DNA of 64,000 bases, taken from sequence record MT366760.1; one strand, 5' to 3'. Position numbers and translations under genes: made by a program. Position 1 is the stretch's first letter, and each line of letters starts with the position of its first letter. This document shows positions 38,604 to 48,448 of the stretch, piece after piece. The notes under the pieces are model-generated. The model saw only the letters and a program-made list of their open reading frames with translations. It was not told where the DNA came from and searched no databases.

Positions 38604-38611
38604 TGTAAATA
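38604..38611 (+). promoter_or_regulatory. TGTAAATA promoter-like motif
   Basis: Intergenic, upstream of dUTPase. Confidence 0.6.
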
Positions 38612-38641
38612 CTTTGCGTAAACCACAAAAGAGGAAATCTC

Positions 38642-39628
38642 ATGTTTTCACGCACACAAATTTCAATGGCACAGATCATTCTGATGTGTCGTATGCAAGA
38701 CCTAGTTAACAAAACTCAACACAAGATGGATTGGATTAATGAAAGTGATTTCAAACGTCCCGACCACCGTGCTGCCTACATCGAACTCGTTGAAGGTTTG
38801 ATTCACAAAGGTTGGGGTGAATGGTGGAAACAATCACCAGTACTAACTGAGAGCCAACTACATCAGGTTCGTCTAGAAGTCGTAGACGTTTTCCACTTCC
38901 TGATTTCGCTTGAACTACGTAGCACCCACGCTCTTAACGTTATTCACCCAGATCAAGCTATCGACCCTATCGAGTACGTATCTGGTGTCATCCATTCAGC
39001 TTTCGAAGAGACACCACAACCTGGTGCTGAAATTGACGAAGATCAAGACGACGTAGACTTTGATGTCAACACCTACTTCGACCAACTCGTTGGTGGTCTA
39101 GCACTAGATCAAACTATCAACTGGCAGGCATTCGTAAACATCATGGATATGTTGAACATGTCACCAGAATACTTATTCGCATGGTACGTTGGTAAGAACA
39201 CCTTGAATATGTTCCGTGGTTGTAATGGTTACAAACAAGGTCGATACGTTAAATCCGACTGGGACAAAATGACGGAAGGTTGCGGCTCAGTTGGGGCTGA
39301 AACTGATCTCCACCAATACTTCGGTGCTGAGGACAACATATTTTTAGAACACATCATAACTGATGCTTTAGCTAAGAGTGAAAAGCTCACACCGCAATAC
39401 GTCTACGACAGACTATCCGATGGTTACTATGAAGTACTAGGTGCACGTTTCATCAAAGACGGTCAAGGTAGTACTCTTTTCCTTGACGGTCATATTGCAT
39501 GGGCTGACACTGAAGATGGCATCCGTTGGGCTATTCCGCAACCTGGGGTTAACGTTGATGACCTAACTTACCACGACTACAATGGATGGTCTGGAGACAA
39601 ACAACCGCAGCTATTAACACTCGGCTAA
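38642..39628 (+). CDS. dut: Dimeric (all-alpha) dUTPase
   Basis: IELVEGLIH..W.EWWK, LEVVDVFHFLIS and YVGKNTLNMFR..NGYKQG motifs. Confidence 0.9.
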   Translation: MFSRTQISMAQIILMCRMQDLVNKTQHKMDWINESDFKRPDHRAAYIELVEGLIHKGWGEWWKQSPVLTESQLHQVRLEVVDVFHFLISLELRSTHALNVIHPDQAIDPIEYVSGVIHSAFEETPQPGAEIDEDQDDVDFDVNTYFDQLVGGLALDQTINWQAFVNIMDMLNMSPEYLFAWYVGKNTLNMFRGCNGYKQGRYVKSDWDKMTEGCGSVGAETDLHQYFGAEDNIFLEHIITDALAKSEKLTPQYVYDRLSDGYYEVLGARFIKDGQGSTLFLDGHIAWADTEDGIRWAIPQPGVNVDDLTYHDYNGWSGDKQPQLLTLG

Positions 39629-39637
39629 ACCACTACT

Positions 39638-39666
39638 AAATACCTCGGCTTAATGTCGGGGTATTT
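39638..39666 (+). terminator. Rho-independent terminator
   Basis: AAATACCTCGGC-TTAAT-GTCGGGGTATTT. Confidence 0.75.
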
Positions 39667-39672
39667 GCATCT

Positions 39673-39680
39673 TGTAAATA
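39673..39680 (+). promoter_or_regulatory. TGTAAATA promoter-like motif
   Basis: Directly after the terminator, in the context CATCTTGTAAATA. Confidence 0.6.
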
Positions 39681-39711
39681 CATGGTAGTTAATACAATAA
39701 AGGAAATGACT

Positions 39712-40290
39712 ATGGAACATAATAATTACCCCATGTCAGAAAAGAACAAGACTGCTTATATGTCAATGACACTTCTACTAGGTTCGCAGTCACACGCCAA
39801 GCGTAAAAAGGTTGGGTCACTAATAGTAAAGTCTCTATCCCACCACCGTTGGCAAATAATTTCAGATGGTGTTAATGGTATGCGCCCTGGTGAAGACAAC
39901 AAATGTGAATTACCTGATGGTACTACACACCCACTCTGCCGCCATGCTGAGAGGAATGCAATCGCTAAGCTCCATCAGGAGCCAGTTTCAACCAATACAC
40001 CACTGGTACTATTCGTTACATTCCAACCTTGCTTAGACTGCGCTACACGCATCGACGATGCAGGTATCAGCCACGTTTTCTATTGCTTTGACTATAAATG
40101 CCGTCAGGGTTTAGATTACCTTGATAAATGTAATATATCCTACTCAAAGATAGACTTCGAAAGTATCATTCACTTAATGCCAGAACACATGCAGACCCGA
40201 GTATATTTTGATGCTTCAGGTTCAGCACGCGATTCTGGTGTTGACGTAGACAAATTATTTGCAAAGAAAGGAAACATAACTAATGGCTAA
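39712..40290 (+). CDS. dCMP deaminase
   Basis: KRKKVGSLIV, HAERNAI and PCLDCA Zn-deaminase motifs. Confidence 0.9.
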   Translation: MEHNNYPMSEKNKTAYMSMTLLLGSQSHAKRKKVGSLIVKSLSHHRWQIISDGVNGMRPGEDNKCELPDGTTHPLCRHAERNAIAKLHQEPVSTNTPLVLFVTFQPCLDCATRIDDAGISHVFYCFDYKCRQGLDYLDKCNISYSKIDFESIIHLMPEHMQTRVYFDASGSARDSGVDVDKLFAKKGNITNG

Positions 40291-41053
40291 TCCAACAAAA
40301 TTCGTTGACCGTTATTTCGACCTAACTGACCATCAAGACTTTATGGGGGCTGTACGCAACCATCAGGTTGCCGTGGAAGCAACTAACAAACTAAGAACTG
40401 ACCTAGGGTGTTTACATAACATGGGTAACCCCGTGTATAAGGGTAGACGACTCCTAGGTTTCCTTAAGGGTGACGGTGAAGTTCCAAACTACATGAGGGT
40501 AGGTGGTGGCGCTGAAGACGGTTCTCAATATTACGTACCAAACACCAAATTTAAAATAGGCAAAGAACTTAAAGAAGAAATGTCCAAAGCTGAATACATG
40601 ACCGAGCATAAGGATACGCCTTTGGAAGTAATTGGGTTAAATGGTTGGTTAATGATGTTGCACCACCAGATAAGCCGAGTCCGACACGGAGAATTAGCAG
40701 GTCGTTACATCGTAATCGTACCCGAAACTAATTCCACCGAGGTAAACACCCCTAAAAGTAGTTGTGTTGAAAACGAAAAGTTTGAACCTAACCAACTTGA
40801 TATCGCGTCTGGTATGAAAGAAATAAAAGAAGAAGACTATCAATGTATAGTTAGAGCTTCGCGCATGGGTGTTAATCTGTCAGACCTAGCTTTCACCCCA
40901 TCTGCCATTCGTAACTTCTTGTTAGGAGCTGTAGAAAACTCAGATTATGACGCTGTTCAATTTCTAGAAAAGGTTGATTCACGTGCTATGAACAGCGGTA
41001 ACGATGACGAAGTAGTTAACAGCCTGATTAAATATATAAAGATCTTTATGTAA
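40283..41053 (+). CDS. Hypothetical protein
   Basis: 256-aa ORF. Confidence 0.6.
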   Translation: MANPTKFVDRYFDLTDHQDFMGAVRNHQVAVEATNKLRTDLGCLHNMGNPVYKGRRLLGFLKGDGEVPNYMRVGGGAEDGSQYYVPNTKFKIGKELKEEMSKAEYMTEHKDTPLEVIGLNGWLMMLHHQISRVRHGELAGRYIVIVPETNSTEVNTPKSSCVENEKFEPNQLDIASGMKEIKEEDYQCIVRASRMGVNLSDLAFTPSAIRNFLLGAVENSDYDAVQFLEKVDSRAMNSGNDDEVVNSLIKYIKIFM

Positions 41054-41064
41054 CACATCTAAAC

Positions 41065-41100
41065 AAACCCCTTGGGACTCTAAGTTCCTTGGGGTTTTTT
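41065..41100 (+). terminator. Rho-independent terminator
   Basis: AAACCCC...GGGGTTTTTT. Confidence 0.8.
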
Positions 41101-41124
41101 ATTCTCTAATGTCAATTCTCTGCA

Positions 41125-41165
41125 AAGTTTATGTCAGCCAACTGTTCGTTTATTGACATAAACTT
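41125..41165. repeat. 12-bp perfect inverted repeat with a 17-nt spacer
   Basis: AAGTTTATGTCA (41125-36) / TGACATAAACTT (41154-65). Confidence 0.85.
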
Positions 41166-41210
41166 GACAATGGATTGGGTCGAATACCCCGAGTCTATGC
41201 CCCCTCAGTA

Positions 41211-41226
41211 CTAATTTTATGTAGTT
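41211..41226 (+). promoter_or_regulatory. Putative late promoter CTAATTTTATGTAGTT
   Basis: Near-identical to the 2935 motif; heads the accessory structural cassette. Confidence 0.55.
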
Positions 41227-41251
41227 ATTAAATCAATAAAAGGATTTAAAT

Positions 41252-42684
41252 ATGACTACTGAAACAGAAGCAGTATTCGAATACTACGTTGGTCTCAGAC
41301 TAACTGGCATAAATGAACAGACCTACATTATACTAGACGAAATTTTGCAACAACAAAATTACGTTTACTTCACTATAGACGAACTAGATGCTATCATCAT
41401 TCAAGTTCGCAGACTAATGCGTCAGGGTATCATTGAAGCTACTGACAACATACTCGATGAAGACATATACAACAATCTCAAGAACTTAAGTAGTAGTGGT
41501 TCCGGTGGCGGGGCTGTATTGGGTACACAAGAACCTAATACTTTTGATTCGGGTACAGGTGACAAAGACGACGCTGAAACCCTTAGGGATACACAAGCTA
41601 CCGATGATGCAGCATGGTTATCCTACTACGACGCTAACCCTAATGTAAGTATTGCCCTGAAATATACGGATGGCGATGGTAATCGCGTTATAACTTTCCA
41701 GACACGTGTTGGTAGTGAATGGTTAGATTCATCTAGTGTCATAGCATTAAAAGGGCTGATGGCTCTGGCACTGATTTTTCCGGTATATCCTCAAACCATA
41801 TACCTGCAATTGGCAGTGATGGTAGACCCTATGATTCTGGTTTAGCTGTAACTGATAACATACTGGTGACGCCTAAGAGCATACAAGTAGGGCTTGCTAC
41901 ACTACTCCTAGGTAGGGGTGACACTGCAATCCACGCTATGTCATCCGTTGGTCAGAATATAGTTTTCGTTAACAGGGCTGACAAAATAGCATGGACACCT
42001 GGTAGTTGGAGTAATGCATTGGAGAATACCAAGTGGACTCCTTACACACGGGTTGGGGGTACATATCACTTAGAAGAAGTTGCTCAGAGTGTTGATTCCG
42101 ACGTGTTAATAAACCCAACGTGGACTTCAACTATAACGTCTAATAGACGAGACTACGTCCTTTATATAAAATTAGACCAAGCTCAAACAGGGGTTTATTT
42201 CTTGTGTTATACTGAAGACGATACCCCAATCTTTGAAAGTACACCAACGGATATGGAAGCAGGTGAAGTAACTATAGACCTACGGGCTGGTGCAAATGGT
42301 CCTGGCTTCCTTGATTTGAACGGTGGGATAGATTACAAATTCAGTTTACTTTCAGAAGATGGTGACGTTAGAGTATTAGGTAGCTCAAGCCTTGGGCTGC
42401 CCTACGTTAAACTTACGTGGCAAGAATGGGCTGATGTAGCTCAAGCAACCGTAGACGACATACCCACAGCAGAAGAACTTTTCATTAACCCATCCTTCGT
42501 TGCAATAGATTCATCCAACCCCGATGTTACCTATGGTGGTTTTTCAACAACGGGTAGGATACGTAAACGCGTAATTAGCACTAATACAGACACCTTCTTC
42601 CAATCGTCAGTAACAACACCAGTCACAGATGCTTCCACATGGACTGACTGGCAAAATAGGGAGAGCTTAACTTATGCCAGTTAA
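41252..42684 (+). CDS. Putative virion protein split by a -1 frameshift (ORFs 41252-41845 and 41866-42684)
   Basis: The -1 frame is open from 41737 and reads ADGSGTDFSGISSNHIPAIGSDGRPYDSG into the second ORF; the zero-frame tail after TTA AAA GGG looks like out-of-frame text. Confidence 0.6.
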
Positions 42685-45600
42685 CTACACGTCTGGGGAA
42701 CTAAGATTGTCCGGAACGGTAACTAATGCTGAGTTCTACGCTGCAACATCAACAGCGGGACTAAGCCGTAACACTGAAAACCAATATGAACTAGGTGCTA
42801 ATATGCGCGTTATGTCGGGTGCCGACGTATCCGGACTTAAGAACTTTATACTTGCTCTTAACACCTACGAGATCTATAGTGAAGACCCCTCAATAGTGTT
42901 CAACCAGATAACGTTCATCGAGAGTGAGGGGCGTACCACTGCCGACAGGGTAGTATTCAAAACAGCGGGTTCTGGTAAGAACCCTATACTTAATGACTGC
43001 CAATTCCTACACAACATAGTGGGTAACCCAGGGGGCGGAGACCCTAGATACTTGACCATGGCACACATTGGGGGTGCTTCCAACAGTGTTTTCCGCGCAT
43101 CTGATTTCTCGGAACAAGAAATAGACGGTGTCCAACTAATGGAGAGCGGTGTTTACCGTAACATCTCTGGCATACGTGTTAAACGCTTCATCGCCAGTTT
43201 AGACCCAGATGATAATGCTATACGAGTTATACTTAAAGACCTAAAACAAAGTTCAAAGTTATACGGGACAGGTGGTTTGATTTGTGCGTATTCTGGTTCA
43301 TCCGTAATGGTCGTAAACTGGGATAAAGAAATACTTAACTCAGGTGCAACTAACAACTGGTTGGATAACTACAACGGACACCTAAGCGCCCACTGGGTAT
43401 ACATATTGGGTTCTGCTGCGGATGAATATCAAAATAATGGTGCAGGAATTTCACAAAAGAAAAACACTTTACACGTAGTTAAAGGTGGATATAAATATTA
43501 CAAATTCATTAACGGCGAAGGTGGTACATTCTGCTACTTCGATAGTCGTGGGTCTTCCCCACAAGCGTGCTCCCCTACAACGACACGTTCAGATATGCTG
43601 GAAACCGATACAACCCTATCTATTCCAGCAGACGAAGAAATAGACTTCGTTACACAGACCTTAACGTACAACCGTGATACGGGTTCATGGGTACAAACCA
43701 ACATAACTGGACATAGATTTCTAGTTCGTAAATACGGTTACTTAGAAATAAGTCAAGACCTAGATAATCCGGAAGCCGTAGAAGGATCACCCGAAGCTTA
43801 TTCACCTTTCTTAATGGGTTTGGATGACTCTATTGGTGAAGTTGATTCAACGGTAGTAGCAGCGTATACAGGAATAACAATTAACAGCTCTGCTAAGACG
43901 ATAACTATTACTAGCGGGTCTTGGACACCACAAAAGATATACGACTACTGTAAGTATTGGTTAACCCAGAACATGGATGTGGGGAATTTTGTCACAGCAT
44001 CAGGGACTAATTATGAGTATACTTACAGATGGGTTTTAAATGGAAGCGCCAATCTACAACACGACCCCGATACCCACAAAGTAACTTTTAAAGATATTGA
44101 TATCGGAATATCACCTTTACATTTGATTGCGGGATCCTACGTGTACGGGGTGGAAACTGTTTCTGACGGTGTAACTACTTATTCCTCACGTGAGGGTCTA
44201 GTAAACGACGTAAGCCTAGGTAGTACCCATGGTTTCAACGCTACTTACCGTGAATCAGGTTGCCCAAAAATTGATGGAGGTACCTTTACATGGAACGGCG
44301 GTATTATAACTACACCTACTGCACTATCAGTTGAAGACGGTCAACTCTTACTACGTAAAGGTGAACTAGATGTGTCCTCCTATGATTCCTCAAATTCGAT
44401 AGGACCTACACTGTGGTTAGAATCCGCTGCTGATACACTGCAATTCGAAAACTTAATAGTAACTTCTAATTCTGCACGTGAGGGTCTAATAGTATTATTT
44501 TCTAAGGAACCAAATACATTTGATAATGTAACCATGTTGAATGGTGGTGGTTTAGGTTTTGGGGGTTCAACACTTTTCGAGACGGATGGTACAACGGCTA
44601 AGATAATAGAAATAAAAAACTATGAAGCAACTGGTGGTCAGGGTGCTGCGAGATTCTGGCGTCGTAACTACCTAAAACTTATTAACTATAATCTAGGGTC
44701 TGATATCGAAATTAGCGGTATGTTAACTGCGGGTAACTCGGAAAACAGGGGTATCATTGATATTTACCGTGAGGTTGACTTTCATGTAACGGATGCAACT
44801 GCCACCAATATTGAGGGTGCAAATGTCTATTGTATTGACACAGACGATGGTAATAGACCTGCCAACTATATGGGGCACTCATGGACAGCGGATAAAGAAT
44901 ACCTGCGGTCTACTGATTCCACAGGTCGGACTAGTACTATTGAAGTAAACTTAGCTAACATGGTTAAAACTGGTAATAATAGTGCAACTACAGGTATAGT
45001 TAGGTCATATAGGGGACTGGACGGGGACACTTCTGACAAATTCAAGTTCTACTTCTACCACTACAATTATCTGATTGCTAATACAGTTGGTACCCTGGGT
45101 GGTAAGGGTATACTTACGCTACAGCAAACTATGCAAGAAGACCCAGCTATAACGGAAACAGACTCCACAATAGTAGCGGCATATACGGGTATCGCCATTG
45201 ACCACAGTGCTAAAACAATAACTTTGACGTCAGGGACGTGGACATCCAACGTTATTTACGACTACGTTAAATATAATAAATGTTTGAGTGCGAATGTAAG
45301 TAAACCTTCTGTACTTGAGAGCGCAATAGAATTCAGTGAGGGTAGATTCATATCCCGCTACAGAATTCTAGTGAAGCACACTGCCCTTTTTGATATTGGA
45401 TCTGGTCATCCTCTAACGTTCACTTCAGACGTAGCAACTCCTAACTTGTCAGGTGAGGGTTCAATTACCTTTGGCTCCGAAACTACAGTTAACGGTATCA
45501 CTTCTTATGATTCGGGAACACTTGTTAATTTTGAAAAAAATAACACGTCTTGGTATCAGAATCCTGTTATGGTGTTGGATGGTACACTAGTGTGGAAAGG

Positions 45601-48448
45601 GGGTGAATTAGAAGTACAATCACCCCTGATAACTAGTCCAGACCTAAGCATGGTAGTTGACAAGGGTACCATAAAAGTTAAAGATCACTCATTGACGTCA
45701 CCTTACGAAATAAACTTTGGCTCTGATAACATCACACTTACAGACTTCACTATTGATGGTCGTGGTACCTTCATTATAACCAGTGACTTAGTAATCAGTA
45801 AGTTTACGGGTAAGAACTACGACGGTATATTCCCTTCCGGTAAATTCCGTGGGTCATCAACTGATTTCTTAGTGGTACGTGACTACGAAGGTATTGGTTC
45901 ATTTAAAGATCACACACTATGGCGACGAAACAAGATACAGTGGTACAACTCAGTTAATGGTTCTAACATAAAAGTACTGGGTAAAGAAACATCTAGTAGC
46001 ACACAACATACAGGAATATCTGAATTCTGGTCGGAGATAAAGATCCATGTGACCGACCCCGACAACAACGACCAAGAAAATGTTCGTGTGGCTCTAAAAG
46101 ATTATGATGATTCAAATAGGACTGATACTTCATCCCTTACGGGTTCCGCATCCTCAGGGCATTATAACACTGGTTTTGATTATACACCGGATAGGACGTA
46201 TACTGAAGTAACCGACGTCGAGGGGCTAACACCTATTATCCCCGTGTTATTCGCAGTGGTAGACAGGTCAGTGGGTGGTGCACAAGCTACACCTACTTCA
46301 GATTGGTCATACCGTTCTAAGAACGGTGATAACTCTGATGAATTCGAAGTCTTTGTATGGCAATATGGTAAGAACGTTGCGACATCTGTAATATCATTAA
46401 AAGGAGCGGGGGTAAAAGAAACTAAGTTAGTTACAACAACGGATATTAACGTAACAGAAACCGACAAATCAGTTGTCTCCGCCTACACGGGTATAGGTAT
46501 TGACCACACAACCAAAACAATAACCATTTCTGCACAACGAACGTTGGCAGAGATATACGATTATTTGCTTTATGACAAGACAACTATATCGGGTGTATAC
46601 CATCCTACGTTGGGTACTAAAGTAGCAGGTATAGTTGGTGCAACAATTGACATCAAAGACTACAATCTTATAGTTGATGGTGCAGACATAGTTGCGGGTT
46701 CAACAGGTTTTAACCTGTTGCAAACAACTGGTTTAATAACACTACAGAATACTGCAACGATTGACTTCAACTTCCTAGATCAAATAGGTAACGCGATAGT
46801 AACTATTGATTTACCCGCCAACTGGAACTTAGAAGGTGTATATCCTAGTCAAAATGATGCACTGGCAAAAACCAACAAGTTGCCAAATTCGAACATCAAC
46901 TATAAGTATCTTACAACATCCGAGGGTGGTAACACTATTTGGATGAGGATAGAGGACTCCGATGGTCAGGGTATAGCAGTTGATTCCTACGAGTTGCCTA
47001 TAACCCGAGGTGTGTATGAAACCGCCGCCGTTACTTCAACCGAAGATAGTTTATTAAACCAGATTCGTGCGATAGTTCGTGATACTAAAACCATTACGGA
47101 AGATATACAATCCGAAACTGGAGGGGGTCTATCACAAAATTACTTCGATGACTTCCAAAAGAGAAGTGGTTACAACTTAGCAACTGTTGAAGAAGCTATT
47201 AACGTGGACTTTTCTGGTAACTTGGCTGCCTATGTCAACATGGGTTTCCGTTGTCCAGTAGGTAAGAAAGGTGGTAGCTTAGTACCCCGCCGCGGTACTG
47301 CTATATCTAAGGTACGTTTCTATGTGGGACAGGCCTTCCACATAGGTACGAACACTTATATGGGTGGTACTGTTCAATTCAAAATATGGCGAACCAATGG
47401 CCCTGGTACACTAGCCGACGGTAACTTCGGGGATGTCGTGTGGCAGTCGCCAGAAACTTATCAGTTAGACGACCTGGAAAACGTCGGCTCTAATTCAGTA
47501 GTCGGATCTGGCTACAACCACGTCCACCGTTCTAAAGAATTCATCATGGAATCTTCCGGTATGATTCTAGAAGAAGACTATTACTTTGGTTTTGAAGTCA
47601 TCACGGGTGAAGCGCTAACACCGATAAACCTGAGTGATTCAGGTCATGACTACGGGGGTTTATACTATGAACACCATAGATTGAGTGGTTGGGAGTCTAA
47701 TAGCCCTGGTTACATACGGTACGCCGACGGTGGTAGACCTGTACCCGTGGATATAACGGAATACAACTACAACTTGATAACTCAGTATAAGCTTAAGGCA
47801 GACATCGACGACATTAAGGACGTAACGGATAAAGTATCATTCAACGCAGACAACGACATTATAGCAACTCTTGATAATGAACTCACAGATATCATGGATG
47901 TATCTAAACGCGCACCCTACGTTTATGTGGATGGATGCCCGACAGCAGAAGCCAACGGTGCATACAGATTATTGTCCACGGATGAAGTTGATTGGCTGAA
48001 CGCTAATGGTAACTTAGATTCTGATATTGCGGCAGGTGACACTGCTGTTTTAGATAGGTCACAACCCGTATATGGATTAGACCGGAATGAATGGGTGTTG
48101 GGTGCAATGGAAGGTGAATACGGTTATAGACTATTCCCTGTACAAAACACAACTACCTATTATTCTTCCAATAACGGTTTCTACGACCTAGCACAGGAAG
48201 TTTCTGGTGACCCCACCGTTGGTAAATCATGGTATGCCTTAGCAGGGAAATTCGACGCTGACAATTTAGTTGATGGTGCTAAAGTTTCCATAATGGTTGT
48301 ACTTAATACACCTACTATGTTGGATGACGTTAAAGACAGAACTGACCAACTACAATTCACAGATCAACGGGTTGACGCTAATGTACCAGATCAACTTACT
48401 GAATCAGAGTTTGATACAAAACGACTGGCTAAGAAAGGGTGGCGCTAA
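42674..48448 (+). CDS. Giant (1924 aa) putative virion-surface / fibre protein with internal repeats
   Basis: Thr/Gly/Ser-rich beta-helix-like segments; three AYTGIxI...KTIT...IYDY repeats. Confidence 0.65.
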   Translation: MPVNYTSGELRLSGTVTNAEFYAATSTAGLSRNTENQYELGANMRVMSGADVSGLKNFILALNTYEIYSEDPSIVFNQITFIESEGRTTADRVVFKTAGSGKNPILNDCQFLHNIVGNPGGGDPRYLTMAHIGGASNSVFRASDFSEQEIDGVQLMESGVYRNISGIRVKRFIASLDPDDNAIRVILKDLKQSSKLYGTGGLICAYSGSSVMVVNWDKEILNSGATNNWLDNYNGHLSAHWVYILGSAADEYQNNGAGISQKKNTLHVVKGGYKYYKFINGEGGTFCYFDSRGSSPQACSPTTTRSDMLETDTTLSIPADEEIDFVTQTLTYNRDTGSWVQTNITGHRFLVRKYGYLEISQDLDNPEAVEGSPEAYSPFLMGLDDSIGEVDSTVVAAYTGITINSSAKTITITSGSWTPQKIYDYCKYWLTQNMDVGNFVTASGTNYEYTYRWVLNGSANLQHDPDTHKVTFKDIDIGISPLHLIAGSYVYGVETVSDGVTTYSSREGLVNDVSLGSTHGFNATYRESGCPKIDGGTFTWNGGIITTPTALSVEDGQLLLRKGELDVSSYDSSNSIGPTLWLESAADTLQFENLIVTSNSAREGLIVLFSKEPNTFDNVTMLNGGGLGFGGSTLFETDGTTAKIIEIKNYEATGGQGAARFWRRNYLKLINYNLGSDIEISGMLTAGNSENRGIIDIYREVDFHVTDATATNIEGANVYCIDTDDGNRPANYMGHSWTADKEYLRSTDSTGRTSTIEVNLANMVKTGNNSATTGIVRSYRGLDGDTSDKFKFYFYHYNYLIANTVGTLGGKGILTLQQTMQEDPAITETDSTIVAAYTGIAIDHSAKTITLTSGTWTSNVIYDYVKYNKCLSANVSKPSVLESAIEFSEGRFISRYRILVKHTALFDIGSGHPLTFTSDVATPNLSGEGSITFGSETTVNGITSYDSGTLVNFEKNNTSWYQNPVMVLDGTLVWKGGELEVQSPLITSPDLSMVVDKGTIKVKDHSLTSPYEINFGSDNITLTDFTIDGRGTFIITSDLVISKFTGKNYDGIFPSGKFRGSSTDFLVVRDYEGIGSFKDHTLWRRNKIQWYNSVNGSNIKVLGKETSSSTQHTGISEFWSEIKIHVTDPDNNDQENVRVALKDYDDSNRTDTSSLTGSASSGHYNTGFDYTPDRTYTEVTDVEGLTPIIPVLFAVVDRSVGGAQATPTSDWSYRSKNGDNSDEFEVFVWQYGKNVATSVISLKGAGVKETKLVTTTDINVTETDKSVVSAYTGIGIDHTTKTITISAQRTLAEIYDYLLYDKTTISGVYHPTLGTKVAGIVGATIDIKDYNLIVDGADIVAGSTGFNLLQTTGLITLQNTATIDFNFLDQIGNAIVTIDLPANWNLEGVYPSQNDALAKTNKLPNSNINYKYLTTSEGGNTIWMRIEDSDGQGIAVDSYELPITRGVYETAAVTSTEDSLLNQIRAIVRDTKTITEDIQSETGGGLSQNYFDDFQKRSGYNLATVEEAINVDFSGNLAAYVNMGFRCPVGKKGGSLVPRRGTAISKVRFYVGQAFHIGTNTYMGGTVQFKIWRTNGPGTLADGNFGDVVWQSPETYQLDDLENVGSNSVVGSGYNHVHRSKEFIMESSGMILEEDYYFGFEVITGEALTPINLSDSGHDYGGLYYEHHRLSGWESNSPGYIRYADGGRPVPVDITEYNYNLITQYKLKADIDDIKDVTDKVSFNADNDIIATLDNELTDIMDVSKRAPYVYVDGCPTAEANGAYRLLSTDEVDWLNANGNLDSDIAAGDTAVLDRSQPVYGLDRNEWVLGAMEGEYGYRLFPVQNTTTYYSSNNGFYDLAQEVSGDPTVGKSWYALAGKFDADNLVDGAKVSIMVVLNTPTMLDDVKDRTDQLQFTDQRVDANVPDQLTESEFDTKRLAKKGWR

